Positions 1 through 10,810 of a stretch of DNA of 42,310 nt are shown here, piece after piece. Position numbers and translations under genes: made by a program. The notes beneath the pieces were generated by a model that made no database searches, had not been told where the DNA came from, and saw only the letters and a program-made list of their open reading frames with translations. How positions within the stretch are numbered: position 1 is the first letter of the stretch; the number at the start of each line of letters is the position of its first letter. This DNA comes from Macrostomum lignano (lineage: Eukaryota), in contig NIVC01000094.1 of NCBI GenBank assembly GCA_002269645.1, positions 1,209,645 through 1,251,954 on the forward strand. The letters are read 5' to 3'.

Positions 1-85
1 TGTTAGACACAAACCAAAGCTACCTGTTATCCACAAACCAAACTATACCCTGTTAGACACAAACCAAGCTACCTGTTAGACACAG
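1..85. repeat. End of an intronic minisatellite (about 24-nt unit TGTTAGACACAAACCAAAGCTACC)
   Basis: About 3 degenerate copies directly upstream of a splice acceptor. Confidence 0.7.
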
Positions 86-110
86 AGGCGCAGCCTACCA
101 CCCCACACAG

Positions 111-414
111 AGCTGGACCAGTCCCAGCGAGAGACAATCGAGGCCTACTCGAAGCGCCTGGGCGAAGTGGACCTCGCCGAGCTGGCCAGCCAGATGGCCA
201 AACGTGACGTCATTCTGTGCGAGCACAATGCCAGAGTGATGGAGCTCATGAACCAGCGGGCCGAGCGCCGGACTACATGCTGTCCCTGGTTATTCGTCGG
301 GGCAAAACTCGAATTCAGGACTTCCTCACCGAGTTAAAGCAGTTCAATCCCCAGGTTGCCATGGAGCTCAGAGCGAAACTGTTTGTCAAGCCGGAGAGCG
401 AGTTTATGGTCTGA
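111..414 (+). CDS. Terminal exon encoding a CARD-like death-fold domain; 1-nt frameshift near 255-271
   Basis: Acceptor CCCCACACAG at 101-110. Frame A reads LDQSQRETIEAYSKRLGEVDLAELASQMAKRDVILCEHNARVMELMNQRAER, then frame B reads DYMLSLVIRRGKTRIQDFLTELKQFNPQVAMEL...V-stop. The LxxRGxxxxxxFLxxL pattern resembles CARD helices 4-6. Confidence 0.5.
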
Positions 415-543
415 TGCATTCTACAAACACTGACCTAGTTTCCATAGCAACAAGAAAATTACCTTGGATACTGTACTTACAGTGTACTTGTGTTTTGACA
501 TGGAAATTATTATATTGCATAGAAACGACAGATTTCTCTTGTG

Positions 544-756
544 AACGACCTTGACTCACTTGAACTATAGTTGCATAGCAACGTCAGACTTGTCTTAAAT
601 ACGACCTTGACCTAGCTACAGTTGCATAGCAACGCCACACTCAATCCCCTTGGATACGACCTGGCCTAGCTATAGTTGCATAGCAACGCCACACTCACTC
701 CCCTTGGATACGACCTTGACCTAGCTATAGTTGCATAGCAACGTCAGACTTCGGCT
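544..756. repeat. Tandem repeat, about 55-nt unit x4
   Basis: ACGACCTTGACCTAGCTATAGTTGCATAGCAACG core at 544, 601, 656 and 710. Confidence 0.8.
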
Positions 757-1756
757 TGGCTACCAACTTGGCCTATAGAAAAACTGTTTAACAATGCAAC
801 GACGACATTCTACGATATGCAATATGCAAAATCGTACGTTGATAAACGACTGAATTATTTAGTAGCAAATCAATGTTTTGTGCTGCACATTTGCAATTGT
901 CTCCACAGCCCTGCAGATTCCAATTCGAAATCAAATCCAATTCCAAAATTAAATTTGCTTTGACCAGAAACACATCTAAATTAGCTAAACAGTTCGCTTC
1001 ACTTGGCTCCCCCAATTCTGGGGACTCGAATAATCCCAAGCAGAAACCGCAAATCCGGACAGCTTCATCAGGCTCGGAGACTGCCTGTCTGAATCCTTCA
1101 TCACTTGAGAAGGCGAGAGGCGCTACTAAAAAAGGCTCACTATAAAGTAGCGGCGCGCCCAGCACACGGAGAGATTATCGATTTATTCCAATTGCAGCTC
1201 CCATGGAATAAAAGAGCCGCAGAGAGCCAGCAGTAGGATGGGAGTGAAGGACAGCCATGAAGGCGAGTTTCAAGCGTCTAAAAAAAGTCCTGAAGGATCT
1301 CCTCTGCAGCCGCAACCGGGTCAGCTCATGCATAATTCACCTTGGCCCAAGGTCCGGCTGATCGCATCGCACTCTCATTTTGTATATTGCATATCGGACT
1401 GCAGCCGCTCAGCATAATGAATACCTGCAACCTGCACTTGCTGGGACAGGCATGGGGCGCGCGCGCTTAATTATAAGGCCGAGACGGGGCCGCCTTCCCA
1501 GGCTGCAATCACGAGCTGCAGCCGCCCGAATCGCCGCGTCTAAACTGCAGCCTTTCATTGCTACCTGCATCTCGCTGCCTCACATTGAAACTTATTTTAT
1601 TCTGAGTCACATTCTTAATCCAAGCTGACCTTCATTCATTCTTATAGTTACTCTCCGCCTTTCTCACTTAATCCTTCTCTGACTTCCTTTCTGTTTAATA
1701 ACTGCTTCTTCCCCTTTATTTTCTAACAGTTCCGCATTATTTTACATTCACTTCAG

Positions 1757-1839
1757 CTTCACTTCCCTCTTCTTTCATTTCACGTCCCTCTACTTCCATT
1801 TCACTTCCATTTCACTTCCATCTACTTCCATTTCACTTC
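1757..1839. repeat. CT-rich minisatellite, left part (interrupted by the LTR element)
   Basis: CACTTCCATTT/CTACTTCCAT units that continue after 5584. Confidence 0.85.
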
Positions 1840-2118
1840 TGTGGTGACTTGGCTGGGTTGATTTTTGTTAGTGATGTTAGCTTGTACTTTATTCAGTGTT
1901 TGGGGGTGGTGTTTTTACCTGTTTCGCTCTGTGCGCCTTTCTACAATATCTTGATGTACTCTCTTACTCATGTACGTTCTTCAATCTGGCTACTTTTGTT
2001 CTCCACCCCTAAGCCTTATCCACTAAACGTATCGTGCTCAATACTTACAATAAAAATCGCAGTGGCTTGCCTCGTATCAAGCTTATATCGTTCTACAATC
2101 TAAAGTGAAGTCTTTACA
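1840..2118 (+). repeat. 5' LTR
   Basis: Starts TGTGG and ends TTACA; AATAAA at 2049-2054; identical to 5306-5584 by eye. Confidence 0.97.
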
Positions 2119-2119
2119 C

Positions 2120-2137
2120 TGGCGACGAGGATGGGAT
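2120..2137 (+). other. Primer-binding site complementary to the tRNA-Ser(GCU) 3' end
   Basis: TGGCGACGAGGATGGGAT, 1 nt after the LTR, is the 18-nt reverse complement of AUCCCAUCCUCGUCGCCA. The tRNA sequence is recalled from metazoan tRNA-Ser(GCU). Confidence 0.85.
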
Positions 2138-5100
2138 GCATGTGATGGCTGAGCCGAGGACCAAGATTCCCCCGATTGAGACGACTGTCATCATCGAGGA
2201 GACGCCTGTTCGAATGGAGATTGACACTGGTGCATCCGTCTCGCTCATCTCATCGGATACTTTTCGCTCTGAGCTCCGTGGGCTGCCCAAGCTGGAGCCG
2301 GCCAACGCACAGCTACGTACGTATTCAGGGGAGCCGGTTCCTCTACTCGGCAAAATCAACGTCTGCGTGCGTATCGGAGAGATCTCCAAGGAGCTACCGC
2401 TACTCGTCGTCAAGGGCTCCGGATCGAATCTGATCGGCCGGGACTGGCTGGCCGGCTTGCCGCTTGACTGGAGAAGCATCAACCAGGTGCAAAAAGACGG
2501 TGAGCACCCCAGAATCCGAGCCTTGCTGGAAAAGTATGCAGCTGTTTTCGAGCCCGGATTGGGTCAGTACAACGGTCCACCTGTGCAACTGCATTTGAAG
2601 CCTGATGCCCGGCCTCGCTTTTTCAAAGCTCGCAACGTTCCGTTTGCGCTCAAGGCTAAGGTGGAGGCTCAACTTGAAAAGGAGATTGAGCAGGGCGTGC
2701 TCAAGCCAGTCAGCAGCTCAGATTATGCATCGCCGATTGTTCCCGTTCTGAAATCAGACGGCACCGTGCGCATCTGTGCCGACTTTAAGCAGACCGTCAA
2801 CCTCGCCGTGGAGCCGGACAAGTACCCCTTGCCGCGAATCGAGGAACTTTTTGCAAAGCTGGCAGGCGGGAAAAAGTTCACTAAGCTCGACTTGTCGCAG
2901 GCTTACTCCCAGATGCCACTCGATGAAGCTGCCCAGCAGATCTGCACTATAAACACTTCCAAAGGCCTGCTTCGCTATACCCGCCTCCCGTTTGGTGTCG
3001 CTCCGGCCGTTGGAATTTTCCAGCGCCACATGGACAGCCTGCTGCAGACCATTCCCCATGTGGCCTGCTTCATCGATGACCTGATTATCACCGGGGTTGA
3101 CGACGAGAGCCATTTGCAATCGCTGGAACAGGTGCTGCAACGGCTGCACCAAAGTGGACTGCGCTGCGGCCTGAGCAAGTGTAACTTCATGCAGGACAGC
3201 GTCTGCTATCTGGGTCATCGGATCGATGCCGCTGGCCTGCATCCCCTGCAAGACAAAGTGCGTGCCATCGTGGACGCTCCGGCACCGCAGGACGTGACCC
3301 AGCTACGCAGCTTCCTCGGAATGGTCAACTATTACAGCAAGTTCCTGCCGAACCTGTCAGCCGAGTTGGCCCCGCTGCACCGCTTGCTAAACCAAGGCGC
3401 CAACTGGTGCTGGGGCGCTTCGCAGGATGCCGCCTTTAAGAAGTGCAAGGCGCTGCTCGCCAAAGCGCCGGTCCTCGCGCATTTCGACGACACAAAGCCG
3501 TTGGTGCTGGAGTGCGATGCCTCTCCGTACGGCATCGGCGCCGTCATCAGTCATCGGGTTGACGGTTGCGATCGACCGATCGCTTTCGCTTCGCGTTCCC
3601 TGCACGATGCCGAGGCGAAGTACTCGCAACTGGACAAAGAAGCTCTGGCGATCGTTTTCGGGGTAAAAAGATCTCACTCTTACCTTTACGGCCGGAAATT
3701 CACCCTCGTCAGCGACCACAAGCCGTTGCTAGGACTCCTGCATGAGTCTAAGCCAATTCCCGCCATGGCGTCCGGAAGGATTCAGAGGTGGGCGCTCATC
3801 CTGGCGGGCTACAGCTACTCGATGGAACACCGATCTGGCAAATCACTACTGCGTGCAGACGCACTGAGCCGACTGCCACTGCCGGAAAGACCGACGAAGG
3901 CCCCGACACCTGCGGACGTTGTCCTGGTCATGGACATGCTGGGCGAAGGGCCAGTGACCGCCGGCGACATTCGAGCCTGGACCCGAACTGACCCGATCCT
4001 GTCAAAGGCACTGCGCTTCACGGAGGTCGGCAACTGGCCTGAGCGGACCGTGCCGGAGTTGCAGCCGTACAGATCCAGGGCCGACCAGCTGAGTACTCAA
4101 GACGGCTGCCTTCTCTGGGGAACTCGAGTCATCGTTCCAGAGGCAGGCCGGACAGCCCTTCTCCATTGTTTGCACCAAGGACACCAGGGCGCATCTAGAA
4201 TGAAGGCGCTGGCCCGCAGCTTCTTCTGGTGGCCAAAGCTGGACGAGGCAATTGAGCAGCTCGCCGGCGCTTGTTCGGACTGCCAGGAGCTGCAGAAGTC
4301 ACCGGGGCCTGCGCCGCTGCATCCCTGGGCCTGGCCTGACAGGCCGTGGTCGCGCCTTCATCTGGATTTTGCGGGTCCGATCGAAGGGAAAATGCTGCTG
4401 GTGATTGTCGACGCCCATTCCAAGTGGATGGAGGTACATGTGTTGGCGTCAGCAACTTCCACGGCAACCATCCAGCGGCTGCGGCAGAGCTTCGCTACAC
4501 ATGGGCTGCCGGACATCATCGTGACGGACAATGGGCGCAACCTGGTCAGCGATGAAATGGCAGATTTTCTGCAGCGGAACGGCATCCGGCACGTACGAAC
4601 TGCCCCGTACCACCCGGCGTCAAATGGCCAAGCGGAGCGCGCTGTCCAGACCCTGAAGAAGTCACTCGCTAAGCAAAAAGACGGCTCACTAGAAGATCGA
4701 GTGGCGCGCTTCCTGCTTACCTACCGTGTGACGCCCCATGCGACGACCGGCGCGCCACCTTGCAAATTGCTGATGGGGAGGCGGCTGCACACACTGCTCG
4801 ATCGAGTTCGGCCTGACCTACAGGCCAGGGTGGCGCTCCAACAAGCAATGCAGAAGCAACAACACGACGCCCATGCCCATGACCGCCGCATCGAGATGGG
4901 CGACGCAGTCGTCGCGAGGGACTTCGCTGCTGACGGCAGGTGGAAGCCTGCTGTTGTGACCAACTGCTCTGGGGCTGCGTCTTTCTCTTGCCAGTTCGAC
5001 GATGGTCGAGAAGTCCGTCGGCACATCGATCAAGTGCGCAAGCCGCCGGAGCCTCCGGCGCCTTCCGAAGCCGAGCAACCGCCATGTGTCGAGGTGCCTG

Positions 5101-5219
5101 ACGATCAACCAGAGGCTCCTGCAGAGACGCCTGGCCAGGCACCAGAGTTGAGCTCTGAGGCGCTACTTCGACGTTCGACCAGGGCGAGAGCCGAACCTGA
5201 CCGGCTGCGCTACGAGTGA
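2136..5219 (+). CDS. pol: Pol polyprotein: aspartic protease, RT, RNase H, integrase
   Basis: Uninterrupted 1027 aa. Motifs: DTGAS; LPFG and FIDD; CDAS/KEALA/SDHKP/ADALS; HHCC zinc finger (H-x3-H...C-x2-C); LDFAGP/TDNG/AERA catalytic triad. Confidence 0.96.
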   Translation: MHVMAEPRTKIPPIETTVIIEETPVRMEIDTGASVSLISSDTFRSELRGLPKLEPANAQLRTYSGEPVPLLGKINVCVRIGEISKELPLLVVKGSGSNLIGRDWLAGLPLDWRSINQVQKDGEHPRIRALLEKYAAVFEPGLGQYNGPPVQLHLKPDARPRFFKARNVPFALKAKVEAQLEKEIEQGVLKPVSSSDYASPIVPVLKSDGTVRICADFKQTVNLAVEPDKYPLPRIEELFAKLAGGKKFTKLDLSQAYSQMPLDEAAQQICTINTSKGLLRYTRLPFGVAPAVGIFQRHMDSLLQTIPHVACFIDDLIITGVDDESHLQSLEQVLQRLHQSGLRCGLSKCNFMQDSVCYLGHRIDAAGLHPLQDKVRAIVDAPAPQDVTQLRSFLGMVNYYSKFLPNLSAELAPLHRLLNQGANWCWGASQDAAFKKCKALLAKAPVLAHFDDTKPLVLECDASPYGIGAVISHRVDGCDRPIAFASRSLHDAEAKYSQLDKEALAIVFGVKRSHSYLYGRKFTLVSDHKPLLGLLHESKPIPAMASGRIQRWALILAGYSYSMEHRSGKSLLRADALSRLPLPERPTKAPTPADVVLVMDMLGEGPVTAGDIRAWTRTDPILSKALRFTEVGNWPERTVPELQPYRSRADQLSTQDGCLLWGTRVIVPEAGRTALLHCLHQGHQGASRMKALARSFFWWPKLDEAIEQLAGACSDCQELQKSPGPAPLHPWAWPDRPWSRLHLDFAGPIEGKMLLVIVDAHSKWMEVHVLASATSTATIQRLRQSFATHGLPDIIVTDNGRNLVSDEMADFLQRNGIRHVRTAPYHPASNGQAERAVQTLKKSLAKQKDGSLEDRVARFLLTYRVTPHATTGAPPCKLLMGRRLHTLLDRVRPDLQARVALQQAMQKQQHDAHAHDRRIEMGDAVVARDFAADGRWKPAVVTNCSGAASFSCQFDDGREVRRHIDQVRKPPEPPAPSEAEQPPCVEVPDDQPEAPAETPGQAPELSSEALLRRSTRARAEPDRLRYE

Positions 5220-5296
5220 CTCTGAACTGTTCTTCTATGGACTGTGAACTGATTTGCGTCTTTTATTCCCGTTTTAATCCAACGCTTAATCTTCGT

Positions 5297-5305
5297 GGGG
5301 AGGAG
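5297..5305 (+). other. Polypurine tract
   Basis: GGGGAGGAG abutting the 3' LTR. Confidence 0.9.
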
Positions 5306-5584
5306 TGTGGTGACTTGGCTGGGTTGATTTTTGTTAGTGATGTTAGCTTGTACTTTATTCAGTGTTTGGGGGTGGTGTTTTTACCTGTTTCGCTCTGTGC
5401 GCCTTTCTACAATATCTTGATGTACTCTCTTACTCATGTACGTTCTTCAATCTGGCTACTTTTGTTCTCCACCCCTAAGCCTTATCCACTAAACGTATCG
5501 TGCTCAATACTTACAATAAAAATCGCAGTGGCTTGCCTCGTATCAAGCTTATATCGTTCTACAATCTAAAGTGAAGTCTTTACA
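5306..5584 (+). repeat. 3' LTR
   Basis: 279-bp direct copy of 1840-2118. Confidence 0.97.
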
Positions 5585-6392
5585 ACTTCCATCTACTTCC
5601 ATTTCACTTCCATCTACTTCCATTTCAATTCCATCTACTTCCATTTCACTTCCATCTACTTCCATTTCACTTCCATCTACTTCCATTTCACGTCCCTCTA
5701 CTTCCATTTCACGTCCTTTTCTTCCACTTCACTTCCATCTACTTCCCTTTCACGTCCTTTTCTTCCACTTCACTTCCATCTACTTCCATTTCACGTCCTT
5801 CTTCTTCCACTTCACTTCCATCTACTTCCGCTTTACGTCCATCTACTTCCATTTCACGTCCCTCTACTTCCATTTCACTTCCATCTACTTCGCTTCACTT
5901 CCATTTCACGTCCCTCTACTTCCACTTCACTTCCATCTACTTCCGCTTTACGTCCATCTACTTCCATTTCACGTCCCTCTACTTCCATTTCACTTCCATC
6001 TACTTCGCTTCACTTCCATCTACTTCCGCTTTACGTCCATCTACTTCCATTTCACGTCCCTCTACTTCCATTTCACTTCCATCTACTTCGCTTCACTTCC
6101 ATCTACTTCCGCTTTACGTCCATCTACTTCCATTTCACGTCCCTCTACTTCCATTTCACTTCCATCTACTTCGCTTCACTTCCATTTCACGTCCCTCTAC
6201 TTCCACTTCACTTCCATCTACTTCCGCTTTACGTCCATCTACTTCCATTTCACGTCCCTCTACTTCCATTTCACTTCCATCTACTTCGCTTCACTTCCAT
6301 CTACTTCCGCTTTACGTCCATCTACTTCCATTTCACGTCCATCTACTTCCATTTCACTTCCATCTACTTCCATTTCACGTCCCTCTACTTCC
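5585..6392. repeat. CT-rich minisatellite, right part
   Basis: Shuffled 10-11-nt modules (CTACTTCCAT, TTCACTTCCAT, TTCACGTCC). Confidence 0.9.
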
Positions 6393-6606
6393 GCTCTCTT
6401 CCCAGCTCGTATTAATGACCCCAGCACCTTTGGTTGAGCTGTGCCTAATCTAAATAAAAATCTAAACGATATTCAAATCTGATCGCGGCATTTTCGAAAG
6501 GACCTTCAAGTAAACTGAAAAAAAGGAATTTTTTACGAGTTTTAAGACAGCGGCGGGCCGAATGCTTCTAGAAATGCTCAGTTAAAAAGCAAAGCAAAAC
6601 GCTTCG

Positions 6607-6612
6607 TTTATT
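6607..6612 (-). terminator. Candidate polyadenylation signal of AATF
   Basis: AATAAA on the minus strand, in the first unique sequence past the repeat that follows the AATF stop. Confidence 0.35.
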
Positions 6613-6660
6613 TTTTGCATGCAAAATTTTACACTGAAGCAAGTTTACACTGGCGAGGAC

Positions 6661-7562
6661 CAGGGGAGCTGAAGGATCAGGAGATGGAAGGTTGGGGGAG
6701 CTGAAGGATCAGGAGATGGAAGGTTGGGGGAGCTGAAGGATCAGGAGATGGAAGGTTGGGGGAGCTGAAGGATCAGGAGATGGAAGGTTGGGGGAGCTGA
6801 AGGATCAGGAGATGGAAGGTTGGGGGAGCTGAAGGATCAGGAGATGGAAGGTTGGGGGAGCTGAAGGATCAGGAGATGGAAGGTTGGGGGAGCTGAAGGA
6901 TCAGGAGATGGAAGGTTGGGGGAGCTGAAGGATCAGGAGATGGAAGGTTGGGGGAGCTGAAGGATCAGGAGATGGAAGGTTGGGGGAGCTGAAGGATCAG
7001 GAGATGGAAGGTTGGGGGAGCTGAAGGATCAGGAGATGGAAGGTTGGGGGAGCTGAAGGATCAGGAGATGGAAGGTTGGGGGAGCTGAAGGATCAGGAGA
7101 TGGAAGGTTGGGGAGCTGAAGGATCAGGAGATGGAAGGCTGGGGAGCTGAAGGATTGGGGAGCTGAAGGATTGGGGAGCTGAAGGATTGGGGAGCTGAAG
7201 GATTGGGGGGGAGCCGAAGGATTGGGGAGCTGAAGGATTGGGGGGGAGCTGAAGGATTGGGGAGCTGAAGGATTGGGGAGCTGAAGGATGGGGGGAGCTG
7301 AAGGATTGGGGAGCTGAAGGATCAGGGGGAGCTGAAGGATCAGGGGGAGCTGAAGGATCAGGGGAGCTGAAGGATCAGGGGGAGCTGAAGGATCTGGGGG
7401 AGCTGAAGGATCTGGGGGAGCTGAAGGATCTGGGGGAGCTGAAGGATCAGGGGGAGCTGAAGGATCAGGGGGAGCTGAAGGATCAGGGGAGCTGAAGGAT
7501 TGTGGAGCTGAAGGATTGGGGAGCTGAAGGATCAGGGGGAGCTGAAGGATCAGGGGGAGCTG
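6661..7562. repeat. Purine-rich minisatellite (32-nt unit, then 17-19-nt subunits)
   Basis: GAAGGATCAGGAGATGGAAGGTTGGGGGAGCT x about 14, followed by GGGGAGCTGAAGGAT(T/C) variants. Confidence 0.92.
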
Positions 7563-7590
7563 AGGGAACAAGGGGAGCAACAGTTCGAGT

Positions 7591-8954
7591 CTACTTGGGC
7601 CCGCCAAACAGCGAGGCGTACAGTTCGCGCCGCTGGCCTTCAGTGAGCTGTCCGGGCGGCTCGGAGGCGGTGGCGAAGCCGACCAGTCGGGGCATCTCCA
7701 GGTAGCGCAGTCTGCGCGCTTTACTCGCCCGAGTGTCGACATTCGCCCGCTTGCGCAGCCGGCGGCGGAGCTGCTGCAGGCGGGCGAACTCCTGGCCGAG
7801 AGCGGCCGGGTCGGTAAGGCCGGCAGTGCGGCTGTGCACGAAGTCCAGCAGAGTCAGCTTGTACAGGTCGCTGTCGTCGTAGATCCGCGAATCGGACTCA
7901 GGCGGATCGGACAGCTTGGCTTCGGGCTGGTCGCCGACAACATCCGGGTCGCGGTGTCCATGGGCTCGCTGGCGGGCTGCTGCAGGTCGCTGCCTGGCAG
8001 CCGCAGTGGCCGCAGGTGGCACCGGTTGAGGCGGGACCGGGCGATGAGGCGCTCGCGGTCAGCCAGAAGGGCCTGTCAGGTGAGGAGGGAGCAGAGAGAT
8101 ACATAGCAATCAATACTAACCACGGCCAACTCTGCTTAACTTGCAGAGCTGGCGGCTAATACGCTAGCCTATTCTAAAATATGTACACATAGGAAAGGAA
8201 GTGAGCCATCAAAAATTTCATAGAAACAAAGTACACCGTCTTATTTAATTATAGTGGTTATCGAGTTCTACCAAGAGCATTGGGTGCTGTTTTTAAGCCA
8301 TAGCAGATTCCGCTCACCTGAAGCCGCTGCACAGGATGCTGAGCCAGCTTATTGATGCCGCCGCCGCCGCCTACGCTGGCCAAGGACGCCCGCTCGTGCC
8401 AGTCGGCCAGCACCGGCTCGTGCCAGGCCAGCAGGGCTCGCTGCCGCTCCTCCAGTTGAGCCTCCAGGCTGGACGGCCAAGCGGCCTCTTCGGCGGCTGT
8501 GGAGTCCAGCGGAGCGCCGAGAACGCGTTGCGCATACAGACAGGCGAGCGAGCGCGCGTCAGAAAGAGCTTGCGTTGAATTAGTGATGAATGGCTAATTC
8601 AGCTACTAACAGTAGGCCTGTAGAAATCGGATGTTGAAAAGTGTTTTTTATAATATGAAAACTTACCATTACTAGCATGGTCCTTCAGCTCTGGAGACTC
8701 GATAGCATCAACATGTCCAACTGGGAGCACATTGACAATGTCAAGTACAGACTGCAGCTTCACTCGAATGTGCAGCAGCTCATGCCAATGGGCTGTATAA
8801 GGAAATATAAAGACCACAAATTACAAAAAAATTAGATTCAATTTATTATACATACTAGGCATAATCCAACTGACCAATAAGATTTTTTTGTATGAAGTCC
8901 TTTCAACACTGTAGATGCAGATGAACTGACAACCAATGGCTCTTTTGTCTTCAT
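7591..8954 (-). CDS. AATF: AATF/BFR2 (Che-1/Traube) homologue; exons 8875-8954, 8667-8792, 8318-8568, 7591-8072; two 1-nt frameshifts; N-terminus uncertain
   Basis: Spliced translation includes KGLHTKNLIAHWHELLHIRVKLQSVLDIVNVLP (AATF N-domain), VLADWHERASLAS...LQALLADRERLIARSRL, and IYDDSDLYKLTLL...VDTRASKARRLRY...LYASLFG (TRAUB domain). The exon 3 acceptor is inferred as AAG at 8569. Frameshifts lie in the A7 run (8883-8889) and near 7950. Confidence 0.88.
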
Positions 8955-10810
8955 GGCTTCTTGTAACTGTTTTTAGGCTTGATCATACCTGAAAGTTCAA
9001 TAAAAAGATGAGCAATATTAGCTAATCTAAATATATATAAGAATTAGAATTACTATTAATAATTTAATTAAACTTTTAGCAAACAGTAATAACTCTATTA
9101 TGCTTTAGACTATAAAAAGCATGATGTAATTTATAAATCAGTTATAACTATTAAAGGTGATTTAATACTAAAGTTATACAGAAAAAATCAAGTAGCCTAT
9201 AGCTCTATGCTAAAGCAATGGTATAACTAGATAATAGGAAATGGACCTTAAAATAAATAAGAAAGTGAAGGGACCCTTAAGAACCAAAAGGGGGTACTGA
9301 GATAAGCCTTATATTGGCATTCTTATGTCATACAATACCTATAGCCTAATTGATTACTTGCATCAATTTTGTTATATGATACCCAATACGGCAATAGATA
9401 TAGGATAAAAATTGAAACAGATATAGCCAATTAAAAAAATCATACTTGTAGCTTACTAGAGTGCAATCCTTATATTCACTTTTGTTTACAATACCCTAAG
9501 TGGACAAAATTGTTAACAATGTACTGTAAAATGAATATGAGGGGTGCCAACTTGGGGTTTCATGTGCTAGTGCATAGTTCAATTACTATTAAATTTCAAA
9601 CCAATATCTTCACTGCTTTCTTCCAGGAACAACAACTGCAGTACCCTCTAACAACTTTGCCTGTTTATTCTGATGACCATCTCTGACATTAATTAGGACA
9701 GTGTCCAGATAGAAAATTGAAAGAGTTTTGCTCAACTTGTTGTCAAAATTTTTGTCTTTACTTTTGTAATATGATACCCTTAATGACCATCTCAAATTAT
9801 AGGCATCGTGAAATGAAAGTGAATATAAGGATCTTATTCTACAAACTTTTGTCTTCATTATTGTGACATAACCTCTAGTTTTTTATTTTTAGGACTTTTG
9901 TTTCTTTTTATTTCTTACTATTTTTAGTAATTACTAGAGCGTTATGGACATTCAAGCAAGCATACAAACCTTAGAGATTTAGTATATTTAGATTTATTAA
10001 TTATACTACTACTACACGCGGCCTGCGACCGCGCATCATCATTCGGAATTTTTAATGAATAAAAAAATCTGTTTAATACCTTTTTTAAATTTAATTAAAA
10101 AGTTAAACAAAATTTGCGCAAAGCATTTGTCAATTTAGGTTTAACACAAAGTAGAAAATAAAATATTTGTTTCTAAGAGTTCTTTGCACTATAGGTATGT
10201 GTAAAAGCAGATTTAAAAAAAGTAATATTGCGCAACGTTACAAGATTTAGTTTTCTAGTGAGAAATATATATATTTTATATATTTTATCAAATGTCGGAA
10301 GTTTCAATTTATTTTTGTGTAGAATTAAGTTAGGCCTAGTGAAGCTTATATACTGTTTCTTTGCTTTATAGTGTTTTAATTCGCATTTTTGAAGTCTATA
10401 ATTTTTTTATAAAACATACTAGGTAAGCAATTATTAAATGTGTTTTGAGTTTAATCTATTCATTTTTATTTACCTTTTTTTTAACTTACATTTACCTTTT
10501 TCTTCGCTCCTACGTCTAATGCTGGCGTGGATATAAATGCATCATTTTTATCATAGAAAATAGGCTTAGCACTCTTTTCATAACATGCATATCACATGCT
10601 GCTATATTTGCATAGTTTACCTTCTATTTTTGTCTCAGCAAGGCATAGTTCTTTGTCAAGCACAGTTTTTAGAAATCGAACACAATACGAATGATTATTT
10701 GCTTACTTTCTTCCAGAAAGTAGACACACTTTTATCTAATTTCTCCTCCTTCTCTACTTTTTTGCCTGTTTTTCTGAAAGCTTTAAGTTTAATTAATAAT
10801 TGTAAACTTT

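Larger units (their letters stand above)
1840..5584 (+). mobile_element. Ty3/Gypsy LTR retrotransposon (Mag-like), 3745 bp, lacking gag
   Basis: TG...CA LTRs of 279 bp, 5-bp TSD ACTTC (1835-1839 and 5585-5589), PBS, polypurine tract, and PR-RT-RH-IN domain order. Confidence 0.97.

Noticed and set aside
788-1628. Short ORFs between the CARD-like exon and the LTR element
   Set aside because: No motifs, non-ATG starts and no splice support.
1849-2103. 84-aa ORF within the LTR (and 5216-5569)
   Set aside because: Non-ATG start, lies wholly in LTR sequence and shows no Gag features; it does not replace the missing gag.
2114-5142. Antisense and alternate-frame ORFs over pol
   Set aside because: Expected shadows of a GC-rich coding region.
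6644-6656. TTTACACTGGCGA matching the LTR-end/PBS junction (2113-2125)
   Set aside because: Only 13 nt with no flanking LTR similarity, and part of a local short duplication.
8569-8617. AATF acceptor at the CAG at 8618-8620
   Set aside because: It leads to an in-frame stop; the downstream AAG at 8569 keeps the frame and aligns better with recalled AATF sequence.
9610-9858. 82-aa minus-strand ORF as an AATF upstream exon or retroelement remnant
   Set aside because: No recognisable motif and no consistent splice phase.
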